Shown here: piece by piece, positions 18,053 through 27,530 of the stretch | How the letters are laid out: every line of letters starts with the position of its first letter | How positions within the stretch are numbered: position 1 is the first letter of the stretch | Origin: an uncultured Bacteroidales bacterium | Lineage (GTDB): Bacteria > Bacteroidota > Bacteroidia > Bacteroidales > F082 | NCBI GenBank assembly: GCA_946402445.1 | Contig: CAMIWN010000008.1 | Span: 11,836-75,835 of the forward strand | Direction of reading: 5' to 3' | Length of the DNA: 64,000 nt | Notes under the pieces: generated by a model | The model's input: the letters and a program-made list of their open reading frames with translations, nothing else | What the model was told of the DNA's origin: nothing | The model's database searches: none | Program-made: the position numbers and the translations under genes

Positions 18053-18832
18053 TTATTTGTTGAATCTCGACCCCCAATGATAGGCGAGATAAAAGGTCAG
18101 CAGGAATCGGTCGGGGGGATTGTCTGCCATCATGGGCAGCCCTTGTGGGTAATACTCGGCTACCGCGCCAAGCTCAATGGCTTGTGCGTTTGTACGACTG
18201 GTTCCGATTTCAAAGCTCAAGCCTGTCTTGGCATGGATGCCCGGACGGAACTTGATTTCGTCGATGCCGTATTTGAAAGGTGCTTTGCCGATGATTTCTA
18301 CCCATTGCGACGGGTCTTCAAAGGTTTGTGCTTCGACCACGATGCTATATTCTCCGTTGTTGCCGGGTTTGATCACGCTGACCATGTAATAGTAGGGTTT
18401 CATCAGCGCTAACGATGCACCGCCCTCATAAAGCCATCGCACTTCAACCCCTCCCCAGTAGGGTTTCCCATAAATCCGTTTTTCGGCTCCATATCCGGCG
18501 CGTAAGGCCACAACGTCGTTCAGCTTGCCGAAGACAAAGGTTGACGCGCTGAACATCGTTGCGCTAACCGTTTTGATTTGTTTCAAGGGACGAAGATATG
18601 TGAGTTCGAAATCCCATCGGGTAGTGGTTTCGATGCTGCGTATTTTGCCGACACTGTAGCCTAACCCCAAACCTTGGGTGTGCAACTCGGCAAACACGGT
18701 GTTCTCGTGATGGTAAATGATTCGCTCTTCTATCGGCTTGTCTTGTTCAGAGCCAATAGAAATCTCCTGTGCGTCAAGGATGGCAGGCGACAGGGCAAAG
18801 GTGATCGCGATGAATAAGCGACGGAGTTTCAA
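18053..18832 (-). CDS. Hypothetical outer-membrane beta-barrel protein
   Basis: Signal peptide (MKLRRLFIAITFALSPAILDAQ), alternating beta-strand pattern and a C-terminal aromatic-rich end (YLAYHWGSRFNK). Confidence 0.55.
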   Translation of the reverse strand: MKLRRLFIAITFALSPAILDAQEISIGSEQDKPIEERIIYHHENTVFAELHTQGLGLGYSVGKIRSIETTTRWDFELTYLRPLKQIKTVSATMFSASTFVFGKLNDVVALRAGYGAEKRIYGKPYWGGVEVRWLYEGGASLALMKPYYYMVSVIKPGNNGEYSIVVEAQTFEDPSQWVEIIGKAPFKYGIDEIKFRPGIHAKTGLSFEIGTSRTNAQAIELGAVAEYYPQGLPMMADNPPDRFLLTFYLAYHWGSRFNK

Positions 18833-18957
18833 TAGCGGGTCTCGATTTGATACTTGCTGGTCTCACCGTAGGCCGGGCAGGTGCTGGATGAACCACAAGA
18901 GGAAAGGAACAGTCCGGCAATGAGTGTTACTAACAAGGCAATGGCGATTTTCTTCAT
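18829..18957 (-). CDS. 42-aa lipoprotein, translationally coupled to the beta-barrel gene
   Basis: MKKIAIALLVTLIAGLFLSSCGSSS... has a lipobox (LSSC). I chose the start at 18957 because a -7 box sits 20 nt upstream. ATGA-type overlap with the downstream ORF. Confidence 0.5.
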   Translation of the reverse strand: MKKIAIALLVTLIAGLFLSSCGSSSTCPAYGETSKYQIETRY

Positions 18958-18976
18958 TTTTATATCAATTGATTTG

Positions 18977-18984
18977 CAAAAGTA
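18977..18984 (-). promoter_or_regulatory. -7 box TACTTTTG (minus strand)
   Basis: Reverse complement of CAAAAGTA, 20 nt upstream of ATG 18957. Confidence 0.5.
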
Positions 18985-19030
18985 ACGTATTTTTCCCGAA
19001 AATATTACCATCTTTGCAGAAAAAATCGAC

Positions 19031-19708
19031 ATGGAAGTCAGAAAACCCGACATTGATGATAGCTGGTATCAGGTTTTGAAGCCTCAATTCGACGCGCCGT
19101 ACTTCGCCGCGCTGAAGTCTTTTTTAGTGGAGGAGAAGCGTCAATATGCGATTTATCCTCCTGGCCCCTTGATTTTCAACGCTTTCAACCTCACGCCTTT
19201 CGATAAGGTGAAGGTTGTGATTTTAGGGCAGGATCCTTATCATGGACCAGGCCAAGCCCATGGACTCTCGTTTTCGGTGCCCGACGGGGTGCCTTTTCCG
19301 CCTTCCCTGCAGAACATCTTCAAAGAGTTGCATAGCGACCTGGGCGTGCCGATGGCGCATTCGGGCAACCTTGAGAAATGGGCGAGGGAAGGGGTGCTGC
19401 TGCTCAACGCTTCTTTGACGGTTCGCGCCGGTCAGGCCGCCTCCCATTCACGTCATGGTTGGGAGCAGTTTACCGATGCGGCCATCCGTGCCCTCTCGGA
19501 ACAACGTGAACATCTCGTCTTTATCCTATGGGGTAACTATGCCATTGCTAAACAAGCCTTGATAGATCCTTTCAAACACTTGATCCTTAAATCGGTACAC
19601 CCTTCTCCGCTGTCTGCCAGCCGCGGCTTTTTCGGCTGCCATCATTTTTCACAAACAAATCATTATCTGATTCAAAACGGTATTGAACCTATCGACTGGA
19701 GCTTATGA
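19031..19708 (+). CDS. ung: Uracil-DNA glycosylase (family 1)
   Basis: Motifs [18 protein letters not shown] and HPSPLSA. Confidence 0.95.
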   Translation: MEVRKPDIDDSWYQVLKPQFDAPYFAALKSFLVEEKRQYAIYPPGPLIFNAFNLTPFDKVKVVILGQDPYHGPGQAHGLSFSVPDGVPFPPSLQNIFKELHSDLGVPMAHSGNLEKWAREGVLLLNASLTVRAGQAASHSRHGWEQFTDAAIRALSEQREHLVFILWGNYAIAKQALIDPFKHLILKSVHPSPLSASRGFFGCHHFSQTNHYLIQNGIEPIDWSL

Positions 19709-20298
19709 AAAGCATTGTTTTTGCCACCAATAATAAAAACAAACTCCGTGAAATGCGGGAAATCATGGACGGACTCTACGAGGTCTTAAGCCTCGATGAC
19801 ATCGGATGCCATGAAGAGATTATTGAGGATGCTGATACCATCCAGGGTAACGCTAAGATTAAAGCGGATTATATCACGAACCGATATCATCTGGATTGTT
19901 TCGCCGACGACACAGGTCTGGAAGTCGAAGCCTTAGGGGGCGCTCCAGGCGTGTATTCGGCGCGTTATGCGGGCGAGCATTGCAGCTATCAGGACAACGT
20001 GAATAAGATGTTAGAGGCCTTGAAAGGGGTCGAAAACAGGAAGGCAGCCTTCCGTACGGTCATTGCCTTGAACTTGAATGGCGCGTCGTATTATTTTGAA
20101 GGTCGTTGTGATGGCCGGATCACGGAAGCTCAGCGTGGCACTGATGGCTTCGGATATGATCCCATCTTCCAGCCCGACGGTTTCGAGGAGACTTTCGCTG
20201 AGATGAGCCATGCCGAGAAAAACGCCATCAGCCATCGTGGCCGCGCTACCCAAAAACTGATTACTTTTTTGAAGAAACAAACCAATAACACCTTATAA
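19705..20298 (+). CDS. rdgB: Non-canonical purine NTP pyrophosphatase (RdgB/HAM1 family)
   Basis: [17 protein letters not shown]..., [23 protein letters not shown] and [12 protein letters not shown] overlap with ung. Confidence 0.9.
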   Translation: MKSIVFATNNKNKLREMREIMDGLYEVLSLDDIGCHEEIIEDADTIQGNAKIKADYITNRYHLDCFADDTGLEVEALGGAPGVYSARYAGEHCSYQDNVNKMLEALKGVENRKAAFRTVIALNLNGASYYFEGRCDGRITEAQRGTDGFGYDPIFQPDGFEETFAEMSHAEKNAISHRGRATQKLITFLKKQTNNTL

Positions 20299-20300
20299 TA

Positions 20301-22568
20301 GTGAAACGTATTACACTTCTTGCGACGCTGGTTTTCATGGTTTTTGCTGTTCAGGCACAGAAGGTTAACATCCGTGCTCCGCGCCCCAAAGTGGGCGTGG
20401 TGCTTGGGGGTGGCGGCGCTAAAGGCGCCGCCCATATCGGCGTGTTGAAATACTTGGAGGAATTGGGAATCCCTGTCGACTATGTGGCTGGTACCAGCAT
20501 GGGCTCCATCATGGCGGGACTCTACGCCATGGGCTATACCCCTGACGAACTGGCTGAACTGATCGCGAATATCAACTGGAGCGAGTATATCGGCAACCAG
20601 CTTGACAGGAACGTCATGTCTGATGAGATGCGAAAACGGCGTGAGACCACGTTGCTGAATGTCCCTTTCAGCCTGGAAAGCTTAAAGAACAATAACTTCA
20701 AGGGCAGTATCATGAATGAGTTGCCGAGCGCCTATGTCAGCAATAGTTCGCTCATCAACCTTTTTAACGACTTGTGCATTGGATACCAGGAAGAGATGGA
20801 TTTCAACGACCTCCCGATTCCGTTTGCTTGTGTGGCTACCGACTTGATCACCGGGGATGAGGTGGTGCTTCGTAGCGGCAACGTGTCAAACGCCATCCGG
20901 GCCAGTATGGCTATCCCGGGAGTGTTCTCCCCTGTGGTGATGGATGGCAAGGTGCTTGTGGATGGAGGACTGGTCAACAACTTTCCCGCCGATGTGTTGC
21001 GTGAAATGGGTGCCGATATCATTATCGGGGTGGAAATCACGCCTGACAGACGTTTTACGCCTGACGACCTTAAATCGCTGCCTCAGGTGATGGCGAGGTT
21101 GCTCACCAACACCACCAGCGCCAAACGTGCCGAAAACCGCCAACGATGCGACATTCATATCATTCCTGACATCTCTGGCTATGGCATGCTCAGTTTTAAT
21201 GCGGCAGCCATTGACACCTTGGTCCACCGTGGCTACGCCAAAGCCCAAGAATATCACGACCAACTGATGGCTCTTAAGCAATATGTCGATAAGGAGGCGG
21301 GTTATCCTGTCACCAAGCTTCTTAACGCACCCAGAGCCAAAAACCTTGAAAACGAGCCGGTGCTTTTGCGCTCCATCAGCGTCACGGGAATCTCTGACAA
21401 ACAAAACCGGTGGATGATACGCAAAGGGCGGCTGTCTCCTGGACAGTATTATTCGAAAAATGACATCGAACGGGCGGTCAATCTCTTCCGTGGCACCGGC
21501 GATTTCGATGAAATCACTTATACCATTAAAGAATCGGATTCTCTCCATCGCGAACTCAGCGATAAGTTGTCTGATGCCTACGACTTAAACATCATTATGA
21601 AGCCCGCACAACCTCATGTCTTTGGTTTGGGCGTGCATTATGACACGGATGAGGGTACTGGCCTGCTGTTTAATTTGGGGCTGAACGAGAAGAAGTTTGG
21701 CGGCTCAAAATTGAATATGTCGGCTAAACTCAGCTATAGTCCCAAGATCAACCTCAGTTACACCTATTCCTGGTCGTCGCTGGCCAACTTCAACCTGGCT
21801 TTTGATTTTAAAAACGATCATTTTAAGTGGTGGGTGACCGAAGATCAAAATGTTAACATGAGATATTATCAGCGGAAATATACCGCCTCCATCTCACAGT
21901 TCCATCTGCTCAATTTCAGCACTTCGGTGGGGCTTTCCTACGTGTTGACCGGCTATGACCAAACTTCATTGGAAGCCACTATCATTGACACGATTTTGTT
22001 CGCAGATAGCAAGCATGTAGTGCCATCTGTCAACCTCAAATACGACAATCTCGACGATGCCTATTTTGCCACACGTGGCCTCTATGCTCGGTTGGCTTCG
22101 CATTACTATTGGTTCCCCGAAGATCCTGTAAGAAATGTCTTCGATGTTTGTTATGCCTTCAAATACTATTATTCATTCGGCAACAACGCTTTTACGGTCA
22201 TACCCCAAGTTTATGGGCGTTATGCCAAGGATGAACTGTTCCCATGGATATGGAATTATTATGGGGGTGAAGTCGCAGGAAGACATTTCGATGAGCAGTT
22301 GCCTTTTGTGGGATCCGATCCGTTGACGTTGGCAGGGGTAAATGTGGCTGTGTTGCGTTGCGATTTCAGGTATCGTTTCTTAGGAAAACATTACCTCACG
22401 GCCATATACAACCGATGCATTGATTGGAACTCGATCAATACTTCCGAGAGCGGCTTGGGGCTGAAGTATTCCTACAACAGTTTCATCGGCCCGGTCTCGT
22501 TGACGGCGCAATGGAGTGAAGAAAGGAAAAAGGTCAGTGCTTATCTGTCGATCGGGTATTATTTCTAA
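20301..22568 (+). CDS. Patatin-like phospholipase fused to an Omp85/BamA-like beta-barrel (PlpD-like)
   Basis: GTG start and signal peptide. Patatin motifs GGGAKGAAHIG, GTSMG (GxSxG) and DGGLVNN (catalytic Asp). The C-terminal ~350 aa are beta-barrel-like and end in ...YLSIGYYF. Confidence 0.8.
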   Translation: MKRITLLATLVFMVFAVQAQKVNIRAPRPKVGVVLGGGGAKGAAHIGVLKYLEELGIPVDYVAGTSMGSIMAGLYAMGYTPDELAELIANINWSEYIGNQLDRNVMSDEMRKRRETTLLNVPFSLESLKNNNFKGSIMNELPSAYVSNSSLINLFNDLCIGYQEEMDFNDLPIPFACVATDLITGDEVVLRSGNVSNAIRASMAIPGVFSPVVMDGKVLVDGGLVNNFPADVLREMGADIIIGVEITPDRRFTPDDLKSLPQVMARLLTNTTSAKRAENRQRCDIHIIPDISGYGMLSFNAAAIDTLVHRGYAKAQEYHDQLMALKQYVDKEAGYPVTKLLNAPRAKNLENEPVLLRSISVTGISDKQNRWMIRKGRLSPGQYYSKNDIERAVNLFRGTGDFDEITYTIKESDSLHRELSDKLSDAYDLNIIMKPAQPHVFGLGVHYDTDEGTGLLFNLGLNEKKFGGSKLNMSAKLSYSPKINLSYTYSWSSLANFNLAFDFKNDHFKWWVTEDQNVNMRYYQRKYTASISQFHLLNFSTSVGLSYVLTGYDQTSLEATIIDTILFADSKHVVPSVNLKYDNLDDAYFATRGLYARLASHYYWFPEDPVRNVFDVCYAFKYYYSFGNNAFTVIPQVYGRYAKDELFPWIWNYYGGEVAGRHFDEQLPFVGSDPLTLAGVNVAVLRCDFRYRFLGKHYLTAIYNRCIDWNSINTSESGLGLKYSYNSFIGPVSLTAQWSEERKKVSAYLSIGYYF

Positions 22569-25174
22569 ACCCGTTCTTTGAGCATTTCCATCGCTTTGGG
22601 AAGTCCATCGGCGTTGCGGCCACCTGCCACACAGAGGGTAGGCTGTCCGCCGCCGCCACCTTGAATCTCTTTGGCCACCTCACGGATGAGTTTGGTGGCA
22701 TCGAGTCCTTTGGCTTCCGCATAGCTTGCGGGTAGCAGGAGGCAAAGCGATGGCTTGCCTTCGCTGACAGAGCCTAAGATGGCGAGGGTGTTCTCGTCCA
22801 TTTGTTTCAGCAACATGGCGATGTTTCTGAGTTGGTCGCCGCTGACACTCAGGCGTTCCACTATTAGTTTGCATCCGTCATGTTCCACAGCCTTGGAAAG
22901 GAGACTCTCGGCGCTGGCATGGGCTTTTTCCTGCATCAGGCGCTCCACTTCTTTTTTCAGGGCGGTGTTTTGTTCGCTGAGTGAAGCCACACCTTTCACT
23001 AAGTCGTTGGCTTTCACTGTCTCTCTGAGTTGGCCGATGAGGTCTAATTGCTCGTCGAGGTAGTTTTCCACGGCTTCACCGGTGATGGCCTCTATACGGC
23101 GGATTCCGGCGGCGATGGCGCTTTCACTGACAATCTTGAAGCAACCGATGTTGCCTGTGGCGCTGGTGTGGCAGCCGCCGCAAAGCTCCATGGAGTAGTT
23201 CTTGTCGAACACTACCACGCGCACTTTGTCGCCATATTTCTCGCCGAACAAAGCGGTGGCGCCCATGGCTTTGGCCTCCTCGAGGGGGAGTTCGGCGTAG
23301 GTCACGTTGGGGATGTTCTCGCGGATTTTGCGGTTGACAATCTTCTCCACCTGGCGGATCTCTTCGGAGGTCATCTTTGCAAAATGACTGAAGTCGAAAC
23401 GGAGGCGTTGGTCATCGACCATAGAGCCTTTCTGTTCCACATGAGTACCCAGCACCTGTCTCAATGCGGCGTGCATCAGGTGTGTGGCGCTGTGGTTGTT
23501 GGCGATGCGCTGACGGCGTTCTGTGTCGATGGCTGCGATGAAAGCCGTCTCGGGGTTCTGAGGCAACTGGTCGGTGATATGGATAACCAAGTTGTTCTCT
23601 TTCACCGTGTTCAGGATTTTGATGGTCTCGTTTTCGGAGCTCAGGGTTCCGGTGTCGCCCACTTGTCCGCCCATCTCGGCATAGAACGGGGTCTTGTCGA
23701 GGACAATCTCGAAGTGTTTCTGTTTCTTTGCGATGACTTCACGGAAACGCAGGATATGGCATTCGCTTTGGCTCTCGGTATATCCGACGAAGACAGTGGG
23801 TTGCTCGCTTTCATTGACTACTACCCAGTCGCCATTGGCTTTCTCAGCGGCTTTGCGTGAGCGGTTTTTCTGTTCTTCCAGCTTGGCCTTGAAGCCTTCC
23901 ATATCGACATCGAGTCCTTTCTCACCAGCCATCAGCTGGGTGAGGTCGATGGGGAAGCCGAAGGTGTCGAATAACTCGAAGGCGAAGTCGCCGTCGATGT
24001 TTTGCTTGGGGTGTTGTTCCACATAGCCCTCGAAACGTTTGATGCCTTGGGCAAGGGTGCGCAGGAAGGCTGCTTCTTCCTCGCGGATGACCTTGCTGAC
24101 GAGTTCCTGTTGTGCCTTGATTTCAGGGAAGTTGTATTCCATCTGATGCACGAGGATGGGCAACAGGTTGCAGACGAAAGGCTCATCGAATCCGAGGAAG
24201 GTGAAGCCGTAGCGAACGGCGCGGCGCAACACACGGCGTATGACATAGCCGGCTCCAGTGTTCGAGGGCAGCTGTCCGTCGGCGATGGCGAAGCTGACGG
24301 CGCGAAGGTGGTCGGCGATGACACGCATGGCTATGTCTGTCTTCTCGGCCTTGCCGTATTCAATGCCCGAGAGCTTGGCAATCTCTTGAATCAGAGGTTG
24401 GAACACATCGGTGTCGTAGTTAGAGGTCTTGCCTTGGAGGACACGCACCAGGCGTTCGAATCCCATGCCAGTGTCAACATGTTTGGCAGGGAGCTCCACC
24501 AGATGCCCGTCGGCGAGGCGGTTGTATTGCATGAACACCAGATTCCAGATCTCGATGACCTGTGGGTCGTCCATGTTAACAAGGTCGCGGCCTGGGATCT
24601 GCTTGCGGGCTTCGTCGTCACGCAAGTCGATATGGATTTCTGAACAAGGGCCACAGGGACCGGTCTCGCCCATCTCCCAGAAGTTGTCTTTTTTGTTGCC
24701 ATAGATGATACGGTCCTCGCTGACATGTTCTTTCCAGTAGCCGTAGGCTTCCATGTCGGCGGGCTGTCTGTCTTTCTCGTCACCGCCGAAGACTGTCACA
24801 TACAGACGGTCCTTGTCGATTTTCACCACCTCGGTGAGGTATTCCCACGCGTAAGAGATGGCCTCTTTCTTGAAATAATCACCAAATGACCAGTTTCCGA
24901 GCATCTCGAACATGGTGTGGTGGTAGGTGTCGTGTCCTACCTCCTCCAAGTCGTTGTGCTTGCCGGAGACACGGAGGCATTTTTGGGTGTCGGCGGCGCG
25001 TTTCCACTTGCTGGGCTGGTTGCCGAGGAAGATGTCCTTGAACTGGTTCATGCCGGCGTTGGTGAACATAAGGGTCGGGTCGTTTTTCACGACGATGGGT
25101 GCCGATGGCACTATAACGTGTTCCTTCGAGCGGAAAAAGTCGAGGAAGCTGTTTCTGATTTCGTATGCGTTCAT
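22565..25174 (-). CDS. alaS: Alanine--tRNA ligase
   Basis: 869 aa. N-terminus MNAYEIRNSFLDFFRSKEHVIVPSAPIV, plus the editing-domain HSATHLMHAAL and CGGCH motifs. Confidence 0.97.
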   Translation of the reverse strand: MNAYEIRNSFLDFFRSKEHVIVPSAPIVVKNDPTLMFTNAGMNQFKDIFLGNQPSKWKRAADTQKCLRVSGKHNDLEEVGHDTYHHTMFEMLGNWSFGDYFKKEAISYAWEYLTEVVKIDKDRLYVTVFGGDEKDRQPADMEAYGYWKEHVSEDRIIYGNKKDNFWEMGETGPCGPCSEIHIDLRDDEARKQIPGRDLVNMDDPQVIEIWNLVFMQYNRLADGHLVELPAKHVDTGMGFERLVRVLQGKTSNYDTDVFQPLIQEIAKLSGIEYGKAEKTDIAMRVIADHLRAVSFAIADGQLPSNTGAGYVIRRVLRRAVRYGFTFLGFDEPFVCNLLPILVHQMEYNFPEIKAQQELVSKVIREEEAAFLRTLAQGIKRFEGYVEQHPKQNIDGDFAFELFDTFGFPIDLTQLMAGEKGLDVDMEGFKAKLEEQKNRSRKAAEKANGDWVVVNESEQPTVFVGYTESQSECHILRFREVIAKKQKHFEIVLDKTPFYAEMGGQVGDTGTLSSENETIKILNTVKENNLVIHITDQLPQNPETAFIAAIDTERRQRIANNHSATHLMHAALRQVLGTHVEQKGSMVDDQRLRFDFSHFAKMTSEEIRQVEKIVNRKIRENIPNVTYAELPLEEAKAMGATALFGEKYGDKVRVVVFDKNYSMELCGGCHTSATGNIGCFKIVSESAIAAGIRRIEAITGEAVENYLDEQLDLIGQLRETVKANDLVKGVASLSEQNTALKKEVERLMQEKAHASAESLLSKAVEHDGCKLIVERLSVSGDQLRNIAMLLKQMDENTLAILGSVSEGKPSLCLLLPASYAEAKGLDATKLIREVAKEIQGGGGGQPTLCVAGGRNADGLPKAMEMLKERV

Positions 25175-25197
25175 GAAGTATTTTTCTAAAAAGCGTG

Positions 25198-25205
25198 CAA
25201 ATTTA
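25198..25205 (-). promoter_or_regulatory. -7 box TAAATTTG for alaS
   Basis: Reverse complement of CAAATTTA, 24 nt upstream of the alaS ATG. Confidence 0.5.
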
Positions 25206-25216
25206 GGGATTTTTTA

Positions 25217-25224
25217 TAACTTTG
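25217..25224 (+). promoter_or_regulatory. -7 box TAACTTTG for the M23 peptidase gene
   Basis: Lies 15 nt upstream of ATG 25239 and supports that start. Confidence 0.5.
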
Positions 25225-25238
25225 TAAACTTTTTTGAT

Positions 25239-26210
25239 ATGTCAAGACAGAAATACGTATATAATCACAAAACGCTGAGCTACGAAAAGTACCAGGAACC
25301 TCGACGCAAACGCGTAGGCAGAGCGGTCTTGTATGTGCTTTCCACCGGGGTTTTCGCGCTGATTTTCATCTTTGTTTTCTATACTTTTTTCGGTTCCCCG
25401 AAAGAAAAAATGCAAGCTCGTGAGATTGAATTCCTGAAGCTTCAATATGAGATTTTGGATGATCGAATGAACGACATGAATGCGCTTTTAGAGGATATGG
25501 AGCAGCGCGATGACAATATCTACCGTGTGATTTTTGAGGCGGAACCGATTCCTTCCTCGGTGAGGAAAGCCGGTTTTGGCGGTGTGGACCGTTACGAGGA
25601 TCTTTATGGCTACCGAAACTCTGATTTGGTGGTGCGCGCGGCCAACAAACTGGATATTGTGGCCAGCCAGCTATATGTGCAGTCCAAGTCGTATGACGAG
25701 GTCTTCGCTTTGGCTAAGAGCAAGGCTCAGATGCTGGCTTGCATCCCGGCTATCATCCCGATCAAAGAGTCTGAGATCCGTCAGATATCCTCTTATTTCG
25801 GCTATCGTACCGACCCCATCTACAAGGTTGCCAAGTTCCATAGCGGCGTCGATTTCGCGTCGGCAGTGGGTACCGAGGTCTTTGCCACAGGTGATGCGAA
25901 AGTGGAGCTTGTGGAACAGAATTTCTGGGGCTATGGCAACATCATCACGTTGGACCACGGCTATGGCTACAAGACGCGGTATGCGCACCTCTCGAAGTTT
26001 GCCGTCCGTCAAGGACAGAAGGTGAAACGCGGCCAGGTGATTGGTTATGTGGGAAGCACCGGAAAATCAACGGGATCTCACCTGCATTACGAGGTCATCA
26101 AAAACAACGAATTGACCGATCCTATGCATTTCTTCTTCAACGATTTGTCGCCTGAGGAGTACGAGACCATCCTTCAACAAGCGGAATTACCTACAATTAC
26201 AATGGATTAG
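25239..26210 (+). CDS. M23-family metallopeptidase (membrane anchored)
   Basis: I place the start at MSRQKYVYNHK... because the track start at 24927 lies inside alaS antisense. One TM segment, a coiled coil, and the HSGVDF (HxxxD) and GSHLHYEV (HxH) motifs. Confidence 0.85.
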   Translation: MSRQKYVYNHKTLSYEKYQEPRRKRVGRAVLYVLSTGVFALIFIFVFYTFFGSPKEKMQAREIEFLKLQYEILDDRMNDMNALLEDMEQRDDNIYRVIFEAEPIPSSVRKAGFGGVDRYEDLYGYRNSDLVVRAANKLDIVASQLYVQSKSYDEVFALAKSKAQMLACIPAIIPIKESEIRQISSYFGYRTDPIYKVAKFHSGVDFASAVGTEVFATGDAKVELVEQNFWGYGNIITLDHGYGYKTRYAHLSKFAVRQGQKVKRGQVIGYVGSTGKSTGSHLHYEVIKNNELTDPMHFFFNDLSPEEYETILQQAELPTITMD

Positions 26211-26213
26211 GCT

Positions 26214-26555
26214 ATGGAAGAAAACACCGGAAAGTATTATTACACCATTGGCGAAGTGGCCAAGATGTTCGGAGTCAACACCTCCATGATCCGATATTGG
26301 GAGAATGAATTTGATGTGTTGCGTCCACGTAAAAACAAAAAAGGCAACCGGCTTTTCACCCAGCGTGACGTGCGCTATGTCCATATCATTTACCATCTCA
26401 CCAAGGTGAAGGGCTATACCTTGGCTGGAGCCAAGCTGGCGCTAAAAGACAAGTTCTCGGAGTATGAGGAGCGGGTGATGCTGCTCGAAACACTCGATAA
26501 GACCAGAAAGTTCTTGGCTGACTTGGACAAGGAATTGGCTTCGCGTCAAAGCTGA
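26214..26555 (+). CDS. MerR-family transcriptional regulator
   Basis: HTH region YYTIGEVAKMFGVNTSMIRYWENEF...NRLFTQRDV. 113 aa. Confidence 0.8.
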   Translation: MEENTGKYYYTIGEVAKMFGVNTSMIRYWENEFDVLRPRKNKKGNRLFTQRDVRYVHIIYHLTKVKGYTLAGAKLALKDKFSEYEERVMLLETLDKTRKFLADLDKELASRQS

Positions 26556-27505
26556 GAGCCTTGCAAGAATGAGACATATTCCCTCACACCATCTTCAAGA
26601 CTGGTAAATGGCTCTTTGTAGCCAGCCTCTCGTAACTTTGTTATGTTGGCTTCAGTGAAATATTGATATTTATCACGAATATTTAGAGGTGTGTCTATAT
26701 ATTCTATATTTGTCTCCGTTCCCAAGGCTTTGAATGTGTTGTCGGCCAAGTCGTAAAACGAGCGTGCCTTTCCTGTTCCTACATTATAGAGTCCACTTTG
26801 AGGTTGGTTGCGCATCAGCCATAAAATCACTTTGGCCACATCTTTGACATACACAAAGTCGCGTAGCTGCTGTCCGTCTTGATAGTTGGGGTTGTGTGAA
26901 CGGAACAGTTTCACCTTGCCAGTTTCCTTGATTTGTCGGTAGGCATGAAGGATTACGGATGCCATCTTGCCCTTGTGAAACTCGTTGGGGCCATACACGT
27001 TGAAGAACTTCAATCCCGCCCAAAAGGGTGGTTTGTCTTTTTGGTTCAGGATATATTTGTCGATTTCGTTTTTTGATTTTCCGTATGGGTTTAAAGGTTT
27101 TAAAAGGGGAACAATATCATGACGGTCGTCATAGCCTAACTCGCCCATTCCGTAGGTGGCAGCGGAGGAAGCATATATCAAAGGAATCTGGTGTTTGGTG
27201 CAGATTTCCCAAAGTTTGATGGTGTAATCCACATTCAGTTCTTGAAACACCTGATAGTCGAATTCGGTGGTGTCGGTTCTGGCTCCAAGGTGAATGACAA
27301 GGTCGAAGCTTTCATGTGTTTCTTCCAGGTGATTCAAGAAAGCTTTTCGGTCAACAAGGCTATGAAATCGTTTGTCCTCATAGTTCGTTTTTTTTTCTGT
27401 TTTGGAAAAGTCATCTACGAGAACCAGGTCTTGTCGTCCATAATTGTTGAGTGCATCTATGACGTTGCTTCCAATAAATCCTGCTGCTCCAGTGATTGCT
27501 ATCAT
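26546..27505 (-). CDS. hldD: ADP-L-glycero-D-manno-heptose 6-epimerase-like NAD-dependent epimerase
   Basis: GAAGFIGSN Rossmann motif, YASSAATYG, YGKSK (YxxxK), FNVYGPNEFHKGKMASV and RDFVYVKDV. It can be aligned along its length with E. coli RfaD from memory. Confidence 0.8.
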   Translation of the reverse strand: MIAITGAAGFIGSNVIDALNNYGRQDLVLVDDFSKTEKKTNYEDKRFHSLVDRKAFLNHLEETHESFDLVIHLGARTDTTEFDYQVFQELNVDYTIKLWEICTKHQIPLIYASSAATYGMGELGYDDRHDIVPLLKPLNPYGKSKNEIDKYILNQKDKPPFWAGLKFFNVYGPNEFHKGKMASVILHAYRQIKETGKVKLFRSHNPNYQDGQQLRDFVYVKDVAKVILWLMRNQPQSGLYNVGTGKARSFYDLADNTFKALGTETNIEYIDTPLNIRDKYQYFTEANITKLREAGYKEPFTSLEDGVREYVSFLQGSQL

Positions 27506-27530
27506 GTTGTTATAGGTTTTATTGCCCGAA

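Noticed and set aside
19009-19016. CATCTTTG as a -7 box for ung.
   Set aside because: It matches the TTTG core at a sensible distance (15 nt from the ATG) but lacks the initial T of TAnnTTTG. It is too weak to list as a feature.
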